Assembly (NCBI RefSeq): GCF_036321535.1
Contig: NC_087436.1
Coordinates: forward strand, 43,774,001-43,838,000
Source: Camelus dromedarius
Taxonomy: Eukaryota
Length of the DNA: 64,000 nucleotides
Direction of reading: 5' to 3'
Part shown: positions 63,071-64,000 of the stretch, piece after piece
Layout: the number at the start of each line of letters is the position of its first letter
Numbering within the stretch: position 1 is the stretch's first letter
Notes under the pieces: model-generated
Told to the model about the DNA's origin: nothing
Seen by the model: only the letters and a program-made list of their open reading frames with translations
Databases searched by the model: none
Position numbers and translations under genes: made by a program

Positions 63071-63406
63071 GTAAGTATCCGCGCTGCGGCTTCCAACTTG
63101 TAAGGGTGTTTCCTGCACTCTGTCCCACCACAACTGAACGCCCTTTGCTCGCGCGGACTCTTTGTCGCGGGGCCTCAGTCCCTTCTCGGGAACAGCCCGC
63201 TGAATTCGGGACCTAGCTGGCCGGCGATGGGGTCACAACGAGGGGCGCTCCTGAGCTTGGAGATCCCTGGCGGTGTTTCCTCCCTAACTACGCTTCTCCT
63301 TGGCGCCGTTCAGAGCCAATCTTCTCGGGTGCGCGCACCAATAACGTGCCTCTACTTTTATATTTACATCTCATTTTGTTCTTTCTCCCTACCTCTCTTC
63401 TCCAGG

Positions 63407-64000
63407 ATGTTTGTCAAATCCGAGAGCTTGGAGTTGAAGGAGGAAGAGGACGTGCTGGTGCTGCTCGGCTCGACCTCCCCCGCCTCGGCTGCTCTGACCC
63501 CGCAGTCTTCCAGCGCCGACGAGGAAGAAGAGGAGGAGCTGGGCGAGTCGGGCGGGGCGCGTCGGCAGCGTGCGGCAGAGGCCGGGCCCACGGCGCGGGG
63601 CGGCTCGCCGGGCGGAGCCGAGGGCTGTCGGCCCACACGGCTACTGGGTCTGGTGCACGAGTGCAAACGGCGCCCGTCTAGGGCGCGGGCTGTTTCCCGT
63701 GGAGCCAAAACGGCCGAGACGGTGCAACGCATCAAGAAGACCCGTAGACTGAAGGCCAACAACCGCGAGCGCAACCGCATGCACAACCTCAACGCGGCGC
63801 TGGACGCTCTGCGTGAGGTGCTCCCCACTTTCCCCGAGGACGCCAAGCTCACCAAGATCGAGACCTTGCGCTTTGCCCACAACTACATCTGGGCGCTCAC
63901 CGAGACCCTGCGCCTGGCCGACCACTGCGGGGGCGCCGGGGGAGGCCTGCCGGGGGCGCTCTTCTCCGAGACGGTGTTGCTGAGCCCAGGAGGCGCTAGC
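63407..64000 (+). CDS. NEUROG2: Neurogenin-2 bHLH transcription factor (partial, runs off the window)
   Basis: [20 protein letters not shown]...[57 protein letters not shown]; 198 open codons; order ZGRF1 then NEUROG2 matches known synteny. Confidence 0.98.
   Translation, partial: MFVKSESLELKEEEDVLVLLGSTSPASAALTPQSSSADEEEEEELGESGGARRQRAAEAGPTARGGSPGGAEGCRPTRLLGLVHECKRRPSRARAVSRGAKTAETVQRIKKTRRLKANNRERNRMHNLNAALDALREVLPTFPEDAKLTKIETLRFAHNYIWALTETLRLADHCGGAGGGLPGALFSETVLLSPGGAS

Larger units (their letters stand above)
61400..64000. promoter_or_regulatory. NEUROG2: NEUROG2 CpG island and promoter (ATTGG 62267, CCAAT 62338, TATATAA 62714-62720)
   Basis: Very high CpG/GC content; TATA box about 30 nt upstream of sequence resembling the recalled human mRNA 5' end. 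Confidence 0.9.

Noticed and set aside
63071..63082. gtatcc as a U12-type donor in the NEUROG2 intron
   Set aside because: Lacks the GTATCCTT consensus (reads gtatccgc); the upstream gtaagt is a perfect U2 donor
62441..63133. 230-aa minus-strand ORF and overlapping ORFs across the NEUROG2 promoter
   Set aside because: Non-ATG start, low-complexity Pro/Ser content, expected in stop-poor GC-rich CpG islands; no recognisable domain
63364..63882. 172-aa antisense ORF over the NEUROG2 CDS
   Set aside because: Shadow frame of a GC-rich coding exon
1..64000. CRISPR arrays, prokaryotic operons, NUMTs, intact ERVs or processed pseudogenes
   Set aside because: None seen; the window is ordinary mammalian exon/intron and regulatory DNA

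Overview
Mammalian genomic DNA, most likely a camelid. It carries tRNA-Ala-derived Vic-1-type SINEs and cetartiodactyl-type L1 ends, and I saw no Alu, BovB, PRE-1 or CHR-like elements. Positions 1 to about 41.7 kb hold the 3' part of ZGRF1 (+ strand; GRF zinc finger plus UPF1-like SF1B helicase). I traced 21 phase-consistent coding exons to a TAG at 41487-41489. I also found two further in-frame candidate exons (6420-6522 and 6613-6710) that are absent from the human canonical protein as I recall it. The region from about 42 to 52 kb is intergenic and repeat-rich, and includes an ORF1-only (half-L1-like) element. The region from about 52 to 62.7 kb is the repeat-poor upstream regulatory landscape of NEUROG2, with CpG islands, a same-orientation CTCF-motif cluster and Pax6-like sites. 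NEUROG2 (+ strand) has a TATA box at 62714, a non-coding exon 1 and a bHLH CDS from 63407 that runs off the window. I see no evidence for a wholly new gene or system. The most interesting signals are a modular, frame-compensated splicing architecture in ZGRF1, retroelement insertions at ZGRF1 splice acceptors, and cis-regulatory motif clusters upstream of NEUROG2. All comparisons to human or mouse proteins, published sites and repeat consensuses come from memory and need alignment to confirm.
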